Below are positions 48,154-58,302 of a stretch of DNA of 64,000 nucleotides, in pieces. Source of the DNA: Fibrobacteria bacterium. GTDB taxonomy: Bacteria > Fibrobacterota > Chitinivibrionia > Chitinivibrionales > FEN-1185. The number at the start of each line of letters is the position of its first letter. The stretch's first letter is position 1. The DNA lies in assembly GCA_037447435.1 (NCBI GenBank), contig JBBIGR010000007.1:64001-128000 (forward strand), written 5' to 3'. A program made the position numbers and the translations under genes. Under the pieces are notes generated by a model that did not search any database, was not told the DNA's origin, and worked only from the letters and a program-made list of their open reading frames with translations.

Positions 48154-49773
48154 ATGAATCGTTTGGGTTTTGCAATAATTGCAATTCTTTCCTGTTTTTT
48201 AGCCTCGTCTGCTCAAGACACCATCGATCTTCGGGCAAACTTCCTTAAAACAAACGGCAACAAAATTTGCAAGAATATGGGAGCCGGCCAAACCGTTTCG
48301 CTCAGGGGAGTCAATATCGGAAGCTGGTTGATTCGCGAGACCTGGGTCGATCCGGTCAACGGCGAAAAGGACGGAAGCGGCAATTACGTCGCGAATCCCA
48401 ACGATGCGGCTCGAAAAATCACCTGCGATTTGGCGGCCCGCGACTCGCTTGCCAAGCGTTTCGGCAAAGACAGCGCGGAAGCGCTTTACAAAGTGTTTCA
48501 AGACAACTGGATAACCGAATACGACTGGCAACTCATGAAAGCCGAAGGGTATAACTGCGTGCGGCTGCCGATATTCTATCTGATTCTGATGAATAAAGAC
48601 GGTACCTGGCGCAAAGACGCCCAAGGGAATATCGATTTTTCGCGGATAGACTGGGCCGTGAAGCAGGCGGCCAAAAACGGTATGTATACGCTTATCGATT
48701 TGCACGGCGCACCAGGTTCCCAAAACGGCAACATGCATTCCGGCGACATACAGTCCAAGCCGTTCCCCTTTTATTCGACCGCAAGCAATCAGACCAAAGC
48801 CGTGACCTGGTGGACCGAAGTGGCGCGTCATTTTAAAGGCGTTTCGGCAGTTGTCGGATACGATATTCTCAACGAACCGAGCGAAACCTACAGCAGCAAT
48901 ATGGGAAGCCAGACTGTCGACTTTTATAAAAAAGCGTACACCGCAATACGGGCGGTCGACACCGACCATATCATTTTCTTCGAAGCGATTTGGTCCCTGT
49001 CGACGCTGGCGATTCCCTCAAGCTACGGGTGGCAGAATGTCGTGTATGAGCTTCACCATTACGAATGGACAAATCAGACCGGGAGCGGCCAAATCGCATC
49101 CTGGAACACAAAACTCGCCGAAGTCGCCGCCAGTTCGAGCTGGAATGTGCCGATTGTTTTTGGCGAGCTGCAGCTTTTCAGCGATACGGTCGCCTGGCGA
49201 ACCGTGCTGAGCACCCTGAATTCGTCCGGGTACAGTTGGATGATGTGGTCGTGGAAAAACAAAAACACTGGCTGGAGTTGGGGCGTTTACACCGCTAAAA
49301 CGCCCGATGCGTATCATCCCTTTATCCTGACCGATTCCTACGATAAAATCAAGACGCAGTGGAGCTGTTGGACGACCAAAGATTACTTTACGCGTAATAT
49401 CCTGTATGCCGACGAACTGAAAAAACTATGCGCCGGCATTCTTAAATGCGATACGGTCGTGCCGGTTACCACGCCGGTGGCGCCGCCCATCCCGGCGGGC
49501 GACATGGCGAAACGTATCGGTATCATTCGCGCACATATCGACAACCAGGGTTATTCGGTCACGTTTTCCGCACGGCAGGGTGTTCTTGCAAAAGTAGAAC
49601 TGTACGATACGAAAGGGTGCCTTGTACAAGGACTTTATCGCGGCGCGGATCATGCGGCAGGTTCTAGGGAGGTGAGCGGTACCTTCAAGCAACCGCTTAT
49701 GCCCGGCAGCTATACCCTGCGGTTGACAAGCGAGGGAAATATCGCTTGTCAAACAATAAGCATCGTCCGGTAA
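48154..49773 (+). CDS. GH5 glycoside hydrolase, secreted, with T9SS-like C-terminal domain
   Basis: RGVNIGSWL, NCVRLP, DLHGAPGSQN, NEP, H.Y, GE; GGAGG RBS. Confidence 0.9.
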   Translation: MNRLGFAIIAILSCFLASSAQDTIDLRANFLKTNGNKICKNMGAGQTVSLRGVNIGSWLIRETWVDPVNGEKDGSGNYVANPNDAARKITCDLAARDSLAKRFGKDSAEALYKVFQDNWITEYDWQLMKAEGYNCVRLPIFYLILMNKDGTWRKDAQGNIDFSRIDWAVKQAAKNGMYTLIDLHGAPGSQNGNMHSGDIQSKPFPFYSTASNQTKAVTWWTEVARHFKGVSAVVGYDILNEPSETYSSNMGSQTVDFYKKAYTAIRAVDTDHIIFFEAIWSLSTLAIPSSYGWQNVVYELHHYEWTNQTGSGQIASWNTKLAEVAASSSWNVPIVFGELQLFSDTVAWRTVLSTLNSSGYSWMMWSWKNKNTGWSWGVYTAKTPDAYHPFILTDSYDKIKTQWSCWTTKDYFTRNILYADELKKLCAGILKCDTVVPVTTPVAPPIPAGDMAKRIGIIRAHIDNQGYSVTFSARQGVLAKVELYDTKGCLVQGLYRGADHAAGSREVSGTFKQPLMPGSYTLRLTSEGNIACQTISIVR

Positions 49774-49788
49774 TACCGCGTCGGTACG

Positions 49789-49824
49789 GTTTCAAAGCCC
49801 ATTGTCGCAAGGGGCTTTGAAACC
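49789..49824. terminator. Stem-loop after GH5
   Basis: GGTTTCAAAGCCC...GGGCTTTGAAACC. Confidence 0.55.
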
Positions 49825-50107
49825 TGAGTCCGCTCGATATTGTTCGACACTTCCCAAAGGCCCTGGGCCGATTTCGCGACATTCTTTGCCACTTCCTCCA
49901 TTCCTTGGTCGCAATATCATTGATAACCTCGATATCTAACGTCATGCGTAAAAGAAAAGAATATATACCTGTTTTGAATCAGTTTAAATAAAACCATATG
50001 AGAAAAATTCCAATATTCATTTATATTAATGACACTGTTTCTTTTCTTCGGAAAATCGCCCTTTTTCGTGCCAATTCACCTGACAGTGCCTTACAGAGAG
50101 GAGAGCT

Positions 50108-51508
50108 ATGACATCCGGCAAAGGTTCGACAAATTTCTTTTTCATTATTCTTATTACCTTGGTTGCGACGATCGGAGGATTTTTATTCGGCTACGACAGC
50201 GGAGTGATAAACGGTACGGTCGAAGGGCTGCAAAAAGCTTTCCATTCGAACAGTATGGGTACGGGTTTCAATGTCGCCTGCATGCTTCTTGGTTGCGCGA
50301 TCGGCGCATTCATGGCCGGGTGGCTTGCCGATAAATTCGGCCGCCGAACCATTCTCATTATTGCTTCGCTCTGTTTTGCCGCAAGCGCCTTGGGCGCAGG
50401 CATCGCAGCATCATCGATACAATTTATCCTTGTTCGCGTACTCGGCGGTTTTGCCGTTGGTGCGGCAAGCGTGCTCGCACCCGCATACATCAGCGAAGTG
50501 ACACCTGCAAAATACCGGGGGGCTTTATCGTCGATTCAACAAATCGCCATCATCACCGGATTGACCGCATCCTTTTTAAGCAATTACACGCTAGCCCATG
50601 TTGCCGGCGGTTCAACCCAAATACTGGCCGGCGGTTTCGAAGCGTGGCGTTGGATGTTTTGGGTCATGATAATTCCTTCGGTCGCCTTCTTTTTCTCTTT
50701 GCTGTTCATTCCCGAAAGTCCAAGATTTTTGGTTGCGACCCGACAAAAGGAAAAGGCAATGTCGGTACTTAAAAAACTCATGGGAGAAGAAGCCCAGGCA
50801 AAATTCGATGAAATCGACGCCTCGCTTGTTTCCGACCATCATCGCCCGCGGCTTACGGACATCCTCGATTCCAAAACAATCGTCCGCCCTATCGTATGGA
50901 TCGGCATCGGACTCGCTACCTTCCAGCAATTGGTCGGAATCAACATCATATTTTACTACGGCGCGGTGTTATGGCGCTCCGCCGGTTTCACCGAAAACGA
51001 CGCGTTATTGATAAATGTTATTAGCGGTTCGGTCAGTATTGTGGCTTGTTTGGTCGCCACATTCACCATCGACAGGGTCGGGCGCAAGCCGCTTCTTATG
51101 ATCGGGTCAATCGGCATGGCCGTTACGTTGGGCACGCTTGCCGTGGTGTTCGGTACTGCTATTGTCAATAACGGTACATTGGAACTGACAAAGCAAACCG
51201 GTCCGATAGCCCTTATTGCGGCAAATTTGTACGTCATGTTTTTCAACTTTTCATGGGGGCCGGTCATGTGGGTCATGCTGGGAGAAATGTTCCCCAACCA
51301 ACTTCGCGGTTCGGGCATGGCTGTGAGCGGACTTGCACAATGGCTGTCGAATTTCGGCATCACCATGACCTTTCCCATTCTGCTTGCCAGCATCGGGCTT
51401 GGCGGGGCATACGGGTTATACGCGGTATGCGCCGTAATATCGATTTTCTTCATTATTAAATTCGTACATGAAACCAAAGGTAAGGAACTCGAAGAAATGA
51501 AGGGGTAA
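50108..51508 (+). CDS. MFS sugar porter (GlcP/XylE-like)
   Basis: FGYDSGVING, DKFGRR, PESPR, QQLVGIN, DRVGRK, ETKG. Confidence 0.95.
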   Translation: MTSGKGSTNFFFIILITLVATIGGFLFGYDSGVINGTVEGLQKAFHSNSMGTGFNVACMLLGCAIGAFMAGWLADKFGRRTILIIASLCFAASALGAGIAASSIQFILVRVLGGFAVGAASVLAPAYISEVTPAKYRGALSSIQQIAIITGLTASFLSNYTLAHVAGGSTQILAGGFEAWRWMFWVMIIPSVAFFFSLLFIPESPRFLVATRQKEKAMSVLKKLMGEEAQAKFDEIDASLVSDHHRPRLTDILDSKTIVRPIVWIGIGLATFQQLVGINIIFYYGAVLWRSAGFTENDALLINVISGSVSIVACLVATFTIDRVGRKPLLMIGSIGMAVTLGTLAVVFGTAIVNNGTLELTKQTGPIALIAANLYVMFFNFSWGPVMWVMLGEMFPNQLRGSGMAVSGLAQWLSNFGITMTFPILLASIGLGGAYGLYAVCAVISIFFIIKFVHETKGKELEEMKG

Positions 51509-51538
51509 AACCTCCGGTTTCAGTACCGTTTGCTTTAT

Positions 51539-51568
51539 AAAAGGCGTCCGGAAACGGCCGCCTTTTTT
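51539..51568 (+). terminator. Intrinsic terminator
   Basis: AAAAGGCG-TCCGGAAACGGC-CGCCTTTTTT. Confidence 0.7.
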
Positions 51569-51659
51569 ATTTTGACACCGCCAAACAGGATCATAGTTCT
51601 CCCGCCGGGTAACATCATCTATTTTTGCATTCAGGAAACTTTGCAAAAAGGAAACTTCA

Positions 51660-52025
51660 ATGCTTGGATATTGTACCCTGATTCTGTTATGCCAATTAGC
51701 CGGCGAATGTATAACCTATACCACCAAAATCCCCGTTCCGGGTCCCGTGATCGGCATGGTCATTCTGCTCGGGATATTGATGCGTCGCAATCGCATGCCG
51801 GTGAACCTGGAAAAGGTCGCCGGGATTTTACATCGATACTTGCCCTTGCTGTTCGTACCCGCGGGCGTCGGCATCATTGCTAATGTAAATCTCCTGAAAA
51901 GATTCTGGGTTCCCATAGCCGGAGCCATATTCCTCGGCACGATTGTCACGATCGCCGTAACCGGCATTGTAATGCGGTCTTTTCATCGCTCTAAAATCCC
52001 TCTTGAAACCGAGGGGCGGCAGTGA
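51660..52025 (+). CDS. CidA/LrgA family holin-like protein
   Basis: PVPGPVIGM, LLFVPAGVG. Confidence 0.92.
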   Translation: MLGYCTLILLCQLAGECITYTTKIPVPGPVIGMVILLGILMRRNRMPVNLEKVAGILHRYLPLLFVPAGVGIIANVNLLKRFWVPIAGAIFLGTIVTIAVTGIVMRSFHRSKIPLETEGRQ

Positions 52026-52741
52026 TCGGGCATATAAAGGACCTGTGGATATATCTATCGGCCAGTCCGCTCGTATGGCTCACCGTTACCTTGATTGCCT
52101 ATCAAACAGGGTTACTATTGTATCGCAGGTTCAACGATAATCCGCTTTTGAGCCCGGTCCTATTTGCCATATGCCTATTGGTCGCTTTTTTAAAATTAAG
52201 CAATACCGGTTATTCGACGTATTTCAAGGGAGCGCAATTCATTCATTTCCTTTTAGGCCCGGCAACGGTGGCGTTGGCGATCCCTTTGTACCGTGAAATT
52301 ACTCTTATCCGGAAAGCATTCGTGCCGATTGCGATCACACTTATCGCCGGTTCGCTGACCGCCATAATCAATGCGGTCGCCATTGCCCGGTGCCTGGGAG
52401 GGAATAAACTGATCCTGCTGACGCTTGCGCCGAAAAGCGTCACGACGCCGATAGCCATGGGGATTTCGGAGAAAATCGGCGGCATACCGTCCTTGACAGC
52501 CGTGATCGTGGTGCTGACCGGGATTTTCGGGGCGGTTGCAGGTTCCTTTGTTCTTGACATCCTTAAAATCAAAGACGAGGCGGCCCGCGGAATGGCCTGG
52601 GGCGTTGCATCGCACGGCATCGGCACCGCGCATGCCCTGCAGAAGAGCCGGACATCGGGAGCCTTTTCCGCATTGGCAATGGCGGCAAACGGCTTGCTCA
52701 CCGCGCTTATTTTGCCTTTATTATTGGTATTGATCCGATGA
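52022..52741 (+). CDS. lrgB: LrgB family membrane protein
   Basis: LGPATVALAIPLY, PKSVTTPIAM, SHGIGTA. Confidence 0.93.
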   Translation: MIGHIKDLWIYLSASPLVWLTVTLIAYQTGLLLYRRFNDNPLLSPVLFAICLLVAFLKLSNTGYSTYFKGAQFIHFLLGPATVALAIPLYREITLIRKAFVPIAITLIAGSLTAIINAVAIARCLGGNKLILLTLAPKSVTTPIAMGISEKIGGIPSLTAVIVVLTGIFGAVAGSFVLDILKIKDEAARGMAWGVASHGIGTAHALQKSRTSGAFSALAMAANGLLTALILPLLLVLIR

Positions 52742-53175
52742 AGACGACTGAAGAAAAATCCGTTCCTTTTTCGAACGATATTCTTGTCTTGTTGGCGGGG
52801 ATTGCCTGGGCCGGTGTCGGGATAATGCTTTTAACGTTTGCCTTTTCCTGGCTTGCAAGAATACCTAAAGTAAATATAGGACTGTTTGCCGGCGCAGGTT
52901 TTGCCCTGGGCCTGTTGGTGCATCATCTGGGATTCTTAAAAATTGTCGACAAGAATTTAGACCGAATCCGCTCGATGAATAAAAAGCACCCGCTATTCTC
53001 ATTCATTCCGTGGAAAAGCTATTTGATAATCGGTCTCATGATCGCAATGGGTTCGATTTTACGCCATTCGTCAATACCGAAGCAATACTTGTCGGTTGCC
53101 TATATTTGCATGGGCATGGCGCTCATACTGTCGAGCGTGAGGTATTTCAGGATTTATTTTCGGGGTTTAACATAA
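52738..53175 (+). CDS. Hypothetical membrane protein (4 TM)
   Basis: Hydrophobic segments; ATGA overlap with lrgB. Confidence 0.7.
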   Translation: MKTTEEKSVPFSNDILVLLAGIAWAGVGIMLLTFAFSWLARIPKVNIGLFAGAGFALGLLVHHLGFLKIVDKNLDRIRSMNKKHPLFSFIPWKSYLIIGLMIAMGSILRHSSIPKQYLSVAYICMGMALILSSVRYFRIYFRGLT

Positions 53176-53239
53176 CCCCCCGCGATCCGGAGAAATTTTT
53201 CGCCTTTGCCTTGTTAAGTCGCCTTTATCGATTCGTATT

Positions 53240-54931
53240 TCAGTACCAATTTATTTTTGCGGTTAATTCCATCGACGGTCGACCGTCGGCATAGACTGCT
53301 TTCATTTTCAACAAATATAGTCCCTGAGCCGGTGGGATTGAATTTCCCAAAAAGATCGAATTGTTTCCCGGTAAGAAACCGCTTGCGACGGTGTTTTGCC
53401 ACACGCATTTACCCTGCATGGTAAATAACGATAAATTGATTTTCGATACGGATTTGTTTTGGACGGGAATGCTGTAGATAAGTCTTCTGTCTTTTCCAAC
53501 GCCGATTAAGCACAATGACGGTTGCGAAAGAGTTTTGGCATTATTGGGCGATTGCGCTGAGACAGTGGCAAAGCCGGTAACGGTAATATAGTCTACATTT
53601 TCACCGCCGGAACCGCCGATCAATTTAACGGTATTGGCAGTGCCGGCTTTTAGCGGGACCGTGAGGCAAGAATGCCCGGTATAACTGCTCCAACCGCCAC
53701 TCGACAGTGTGTTTATAAACGAAAAATCTGTATCGTTTACCATCAGTTTCATTTTGGCGGTTTCATTCGAACCGTAATACAGGTGTATCGTTGCTCTGCC
53801 GCCGTTTCCTCCGTTGACGTTATTGAATTGGAGAAATGATCCGGTCAAATGGAGATTTTGCACCACCTTCTTGCCGGAAGCCGCCGCGTCGTCGGCAACG
53901 GTCGCGCCGCCTCCCAGCACCGCATTCTCGGCTTCATAGGTCCCCAATACCGGTTGCGCGGGGGCAGCGGGTCCGGCAGCGGGCACACCGCTTGTCGTTT
54001 GCGTAACCAATTGGATGGTGCCGTCGCTGTTGTAATTGAGTTTGTCAACGCAAATCACCCGCAACCAGTCGTTTTTCGAGGTCGCGCTGGAGAAATAAAA
54101 CACATACCATTGACCCTTGAATTCGACGATAGACCCGTGTGCGCAATAGCTGTCGGTCGGATTCATGACAACGCCTTTGTAGGTCCAGGGGCCAAGGGGA
54201 TTGTTGCTTATCGCATAACACATGCGGTTGTCGCCCGTGGTATCGGAATGGTTGTCGGCATAGGAGAGATAATAGATATTGTTCCTCTTATGTACCCAGG
54301 TTGCTTCATGAAAATCGGTCAATCCCTGCATGGGCTGCATGGTGCCGTCGATTTCGGTCATATTCGCCTTAAGCTTTCCGCCTTTGCAAACGCCGCCGCC
54401 GCCGTAATAAAAATAGGCCTGTCCGTCGTCGTCCACAAATACGGCAGGGTCGATAAGCGATTCGAGACCGGCGATATAGCCTTGGCAAGTGAAACCGCTT
54501 GCCGGCTGCGTGCTCGTCGCGATGCCGATTTTCCAGGTGGAACCCCATGCCGCTCCGCTGCCGCTGGGGTGCGGAAAATACAAGTAATAGGTACCGTTTT
54601 TGTAGGCGCAATCGGGTGCCCACATGAATCCGCCTTCCGGCCTGCCCCACGGCACCTGGCTTGCGTTGAGTATTTCGCCTTCGTCAATCCAATTGACCAT
54701 GTCGGCGGTGGAAAACACATGATAACGGTCCATGAGATCGCAACCCTGGTTCGGATCGATGTCGTGCGAAGCATATACGTACATTCGACCGTCGCCCCAC
54801 ACATGTCCCGACGGATCGGCGGTATAAATGCTGTGAATAAAAGGGTTAACTGCAAAACAAGGCGATATTGTTGATAAAGCGATTAAACCGGCAAAGACAA
54901 TTCGGAACATGAAGCAACTTGCTTTTCCCAT
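53240..54931 (-). CDS. GH43 glycoside hydrolase with CBM6/35-like module and T9SS-like C-terminus
   Basis: YTADPS, WAPD, IDPAVFVDDDG, FHE; YEAENA...GGW...NVDY. Confidence 0.88.
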   Translation of the reverse strand: MGKASCFMFRIVFAGLIALSTISPCFAVNPFIHSIYTADPSGHVWGDGRMYVYASHDIDPNQGCDLMDRYHVFSTADMVNWIDEGEILNASQVPWGRPEGGFMWAPDCAYKNGTYYLYFPHPSGSGAAWGSTWKIGIATSTQPASGFTCQGYIAGLESLIDPAVFVDDDGQAYFYYGGGGVCKGGKLKANMTEIDGTMQPMQGLTDFHEATWVHKRNNIYYLSYADNHSDTTGDNRMCYAISNNPLGPWTYKGVVMNPTDSYCAHGSIVEFKGQWYVFYFSSATSKNDWLRVICVDKLNYNSDGTIQLVTQTTSGVPAAGPAAPAQPVLGTYEAENAVLGGGATVADDAAASGKKVVQNLHLTGSFLQFNNVNGGNGGRATIHLYYGSNETAKMKLMVNDTDFSFINTLSSGGWSSYTGHSCLTVPLKAGTANTVKLIGGSGGENVDYITVTGFATVSAQSPNNAKTLSQPSLCLIGVGKDRRLIYSIPVQNKSVSKINLSLFTMQGKCVWQNTVASGFLPGNNSIFLGNSIPPAQGLYLLKMKAVYADGRPSMELTAKINWY

Positions 54932-55040
54932 TGAAAACTCCCTGGTGTTTGTCAGCAATAAATCAAAACTTTTCTACTTCAAAGCACCTTAATTGTCGCA
55001 AAAAAGAGGGAACTTTTCAAGTAAATTAACTCGGTTTCAA

Positions 55041-55259
55041 ATGACCTTAGACGATGATCTGGTAAGATCCGTTGACCAGGCAGCCAAGAAACTTCATATG
55101 AACCGGTCGGCTTTTACAAGGGCAGCCTTGCGCGATGCCTTAAAAAAATTGAATACTAAATTGTTGGAGCAAAAACAAATCAGCAGCTATCGGAATCATC
55201 CGTCAAAAAGTGACGAATTCAGTGTTTGGGAAAACGAACACGCATGGGGTGATAAATGA
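55041..55259 (+). CDS. CopG/ribbon-helix-helix antitoxin
   Basis: QMTLDDDLV..VD.......RSAF.R.AL; ATGA overlap with the toxin; start uncertain. Confidence 0.8.
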   Translation: MTLDDDLVRSVDQAAKKLHMNRSAFTRAALRDALKKLNTKLLEQKQISSYRNHPSKSDEFSVWENEHAWGDK

Positions 55260-55567
55260 AACGCGGGGAGATCAGATGGTATGGTTTTTCCGCACCCGAC
55301 AAGAAACGGCCGGTGCTTATTCTTTCCAGGAATTCGGTGATTCCCTACCTTGGCGAAGTTACCGTTGCTCCGATTACCCCGACAATACGCGATATTCCAA
55401 GTGAGGTCGTACTGTCGGAAAAAGACGGTATGAAAACCGATTGCGCGGTGAATTGCGATCATTTGCAAACCGTTTCGAAATCCAAACTCGGTCCTGTTCT
55501 CACGAGTCTTACCACGGAAAAAATGAACCATGTTTCGTCTGCTATCGGATTCGCGCTGGACTTATAA
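55256..55567 (+). CDS. PemK/MazF-family toxin
   Basis: MKRGEI, KKRPVLILS, VAPIT, VNCD.LQTV. Confidence 0.92.
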   Translation: MKRGEIRWYGFSAPDKKRPVLILSRNSVIPYLGEVTVAPITPTIRDIPSEVVLSEKDGMKTDCAVNCDHLQTVSKSKLGPVLTSLTTEKMNHVSSAIGFALDL

Positions 55568-55636
55568 GCCTTTTCGCAGAAGTTAATTTTCTTAGCGGGC
55601 CAAATATGTTTTTAAGAAAAGTGCCTGCGCGCATTC

Positions 55637-57568
55637 CTAGTAATCGTTATTGGATTTTTTTCTGAATCCATGTCCCTCGTCCGCGGCAAACAGGGTCCAG
55701 ACCGGGATGAGGTTCGATCGTGTTGCATCCGCGATTTGCTGCGATTCGCCGAGAGGAACACGGGGGTCGTTTGCGCCCTGCAGGATAAACAGCGGCGCTT
55801 TGATTCGGGCGGCTTGCGAAAGCGGCGATATGCGGACAAGAAAATCATGCATCGCAGGTACGCGTTCGTCACCGTATTCGACACGGCGAAGTTCTTTACG
55901 ATATCCGGCCGTATGGTCGAGGAATGTGATGAAATTACTGATACCGTACATATCGATTCCCGCGACGATTTTGGTGTTATAGGTTTCCATGGTCGCAAGC
56001 GACAGGAATCCGCCGTACGAACCGCCGAAAACGGCGACGCGGTTTGGGTCGAGGTCTTTTTGTGCGGCGATCCAGTCGAGCAGGCAGCCGACATCCTTAA
56101 TTGCGCCTTCGCGTAAAAAACCGTTGTCAAGCGATAGCCAGGTTTTTCCGTATCCGCCCGACCCGCGCACATTCGGGGCGACGACGCACATGCCGAGCTC
56201 GTTGACATAGTATTGGATTTGCGGGTTGAAATAGGGCCAGAATTGGCTTTCCGGCCCGCCGTGCAGACTAATGAGCACGGGGAAACGCCTGCCGTCACTT
56301 CTTGGTTTGTAAACAAAACAGGGAATAGTACGCACTCCGTTATTTACCGAATCAAACGTCGGGTAATGAATGAGCTTTGGCGAGGCATATCGAAGGGCTT
56401 TCGCATCGTGTGGGCCTTGGAATGTCCATTGTTCAAGGGCGAAATCCGACAATCGAATCGTAAACGCCTCTTCCGAATGTTGCGGCGTGGCGATAGTGAC
56501 GCCGAGGAATTCCCCGGTAAAGTCAAAGTGCAGTCCGTAAATTCCTCCTTTCGGAAGGGGGGTGATTTCTTTGAATGAAAATGTCGCTGTATTCATGAGG
56601 TAAAGGTGCGAAAATCCGTTTTCATTTGTTTGGAACGCAAGGGTTTTCCGGTTTTTCGAGAGGGCGATTTCCCGCACGTCCCATCCGAGTTGCGGAGTAA
56701 GAATCGAATCGTGATGTGTTTTAATATCTACATACCTAAGGGTCCGGACGTCGGTGTTTTTGTCGGATGTCAAAAAAACGCCGGTTCCGCGGTCGCCGAA
56801 GGCGGCGCATTCCTGCGAAACCGTGTCCGATTCGTTAAAAAGCGGAAAGAGTGTGCCGTGTGCCACCTCGCAGAGATAAAAAAACGACGCGGTACGGGAC
56901 AAATAATGCGAAACAATGATGCAACTGTCGTTTGGGGACCAATCGAGGGCCGACCAGGATCCTTCTTTGGAGAGAAGGGTCTTTACGGAATTTCCGTTTT
57001 CAATGTCGCATATGCGAATGTCGAAGTCTTTTCCGTTGCGGCCATTGGTTTGAAATGCAAAACGGTTGCCGCTGTTCGACCAAACGATATCGCTGTTTTG
57101 AAAATTGCCAAAAGTAATTTGCTCGATACGCAACGAATCGAGGTGCAATAAATAAATTTGGAAATTTTCGTTTCCACCTTTGTCCTGTGTAAAGGCGATT
57201 AAACGCTTTTTCGGGTCAGGACAAATGACGGCTTCGGTAACCGGCTCGGGAAGGGACGTCAGTTTTTTCGGTTGCGCAAGGGGTTTTTCGATATAAAACA
57301 GCTGATTGATATCGGAATCCCTTGAAACCGCGATAATGCCTTTGTCAAAGGGGAACCATCCGGCAAAGGTTGCAAAATTCCAGTTTTCGTATTCCAGCAC
57401 CGTGCGGGAAAAAGATGCGGGAATCCCCGGTATGCCGGAAACCGAAATCGAGGGCGGAACCGGCAATGAGTTGGGTTTGTTGGAACAACCGCAGCCGCAG
57501 ATAGTGATTGCGCAGAAAAGAGCAAGAATGATACGGCTATGGACAATACGGCCAATGATTTTATACAT
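55637..57568 (-). CDS. S9-family peptidase, probable lipoprotein; last helix cut off by an in-frame TAG
   Basis: HGGPE, GGSYGG, QGANDPRV, EGHGF; frame continues ECAQALFLKTYLAR to TAA at 55592. Confidence 0.88.
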   Translation of the reverse strand: MYKIIGRIVHSRIILALFCAITICGCGCSNKPNSLPVPPSISVSGIPGIPASFSRTVLEYENWNFATFAGWFPFDKGIIAVSRDSDINQLFYIEKPLAQPKKLTSLPEPVTEAVICPDPKKRLIAFTQDKGGNENFQIYLLHLDSLRIEQITFGNFQNSDIVWSNSGNRFAFQTNGRNGKDFDIRICDIENGNSVKTLLSKEGSWSALDWSPNDSCIIVSHYLSRTASFFYLCEVAHGTLFPLFNESDTVSQECAAFGDRGTGVFLTSDKNTDVRTLRYVDIKTHHDSILTPQLGWDVREIALSKNRKTLAFQTNENGFSHLYLMNTATFSFKEITPLPKGGIYGLHFDFTGEFLGVTIATPQHSEEAFTIRLSDFALEQWTFQGPHDAKALRYASPKLIHYPTFDSVNNGVRTIPCFVYKPRSDGRRFPVLISLHGGPESQFWPYFNPQIQYYVNELGMCVVAPNVRGSGGYGKTWLSLDNGFLREGAIKDVGCLLDWIAAQKDLDPNRVAVFGGSYGGFLSLATMETYNTKIVAGIDMYGISNFITFLDHTAGYRKELRRVEYGDERVPAMHDFLVRISPLSQAARIKAPLFILQGANDPRVPLGESQQIADATRSNLIPVWTLFAADEGHGFRKKSNNDY

Positions 57569-57682
57569 GATAATAAAATGGTTGATTCAATGAAGGCGGG
57601 AGAAAATATTGTTTCACACAAATAGATGTGTTATATTATGTGTACGATGGGATCGTGTGAAATAGAAATATTGGAGGGCAAA

Positions 57683-57880
57683 ATGGCAACGAATTTAGCA
57701 TTGGATGACAATTTAATTATTGAAGCGCAAAAAATCGGTCATCATAAATCGAAGAAAGATGCAGTGACAACAGCTTTAAAGGAATATATTGCACATAAAA
57801 AACAGATAAAAATTCTTTCATTATTCGAAAAAATCGATTTTGATGCAAGTTACAATTATAAAAAAGCGAGAATGCGATGA
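57683..57880 (+). CDS. vapB: VapB-family antitoxin
   Basis: MATNLALDDNL...KSKKDAV..AL.EYI; GGAGG RBS; ATGA overlap with the PIN gene. Confidence 0.85.
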   Translation: MATNLALDDNLIIEAQKIGHHKSKKDAVTTALKEYIAHKKQIKILSLFEKIDFDASYNYKKARMR

Positions 57881-58269
57881 AGGTATTGGTTGATACCTGC
57901 ATTTGGTCTCACGCGCTTCGGTATAAAAATCCTACCAAAACTATTGAAGAAAAGCTAAGGGAAATAATTAAGGACGGGAGATTGGCCATAATCGGACCCA
58001 TTCGTCAAGAATTACTTTCAGGAGTATCGAGACCGGCGCAGTTCGATATGCTTAAAGAGCATTTATCCTCTTTTGAAGATATACCTTTGACCTCGCTGCA
58101 TTTTGTGAAAGCTGCTGAATTCAGCAACAGTTGTATGGGAAAGGGAATTCAGGGGTCAAATACGGATTTCTTAATTTGTTCCGTTGCATATATAGAAAAT
58201 CTTAAAATATTTACTACTGATTTGGATTTTAAGAATTATAAAAAAGTCCTGCCGATAGACCTGTTTTAA
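57877..58269 (+). CDS. vapC: VapC PIN-domain toxin
   Basis: VLVDTCIWS, QELLSG, DFLI, TTDLDF. Confidence 0.9.
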   Translation: MKVLVDTCIWSHALRYKNPTKTIEEKLREIIKDGRLAIIGPIRQELLSGVSRPAQFDMLKEHLSSFEDIPLTSLHFVKAAEFSNSCMGKGIQGSNTDFLICSVAYIENLKIFTTDLDFKNYKKVLPIDLF

Positions 58270-58302
58270 AATTGAGAAAAAGCACTAAAGGTATTTTGAT
58301 CT

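Noticed and set aside
49697..49945. 82-aa minus-strand ORF after GH5
   Set aside because: No RBS or motif; runs through a hairpin and overlaps the GH5 3' end
50058..50073. Sigma54 site on the minus strand upstream of the sugar porter
   Set aside because: TGGCACG is present but GC is not at the required spacing
55637..55639. Genome-wide TAG reassignment or pyrrolysine
   Set aside because: Several complete genes in the window end at TAG, and no pyl genes are present here
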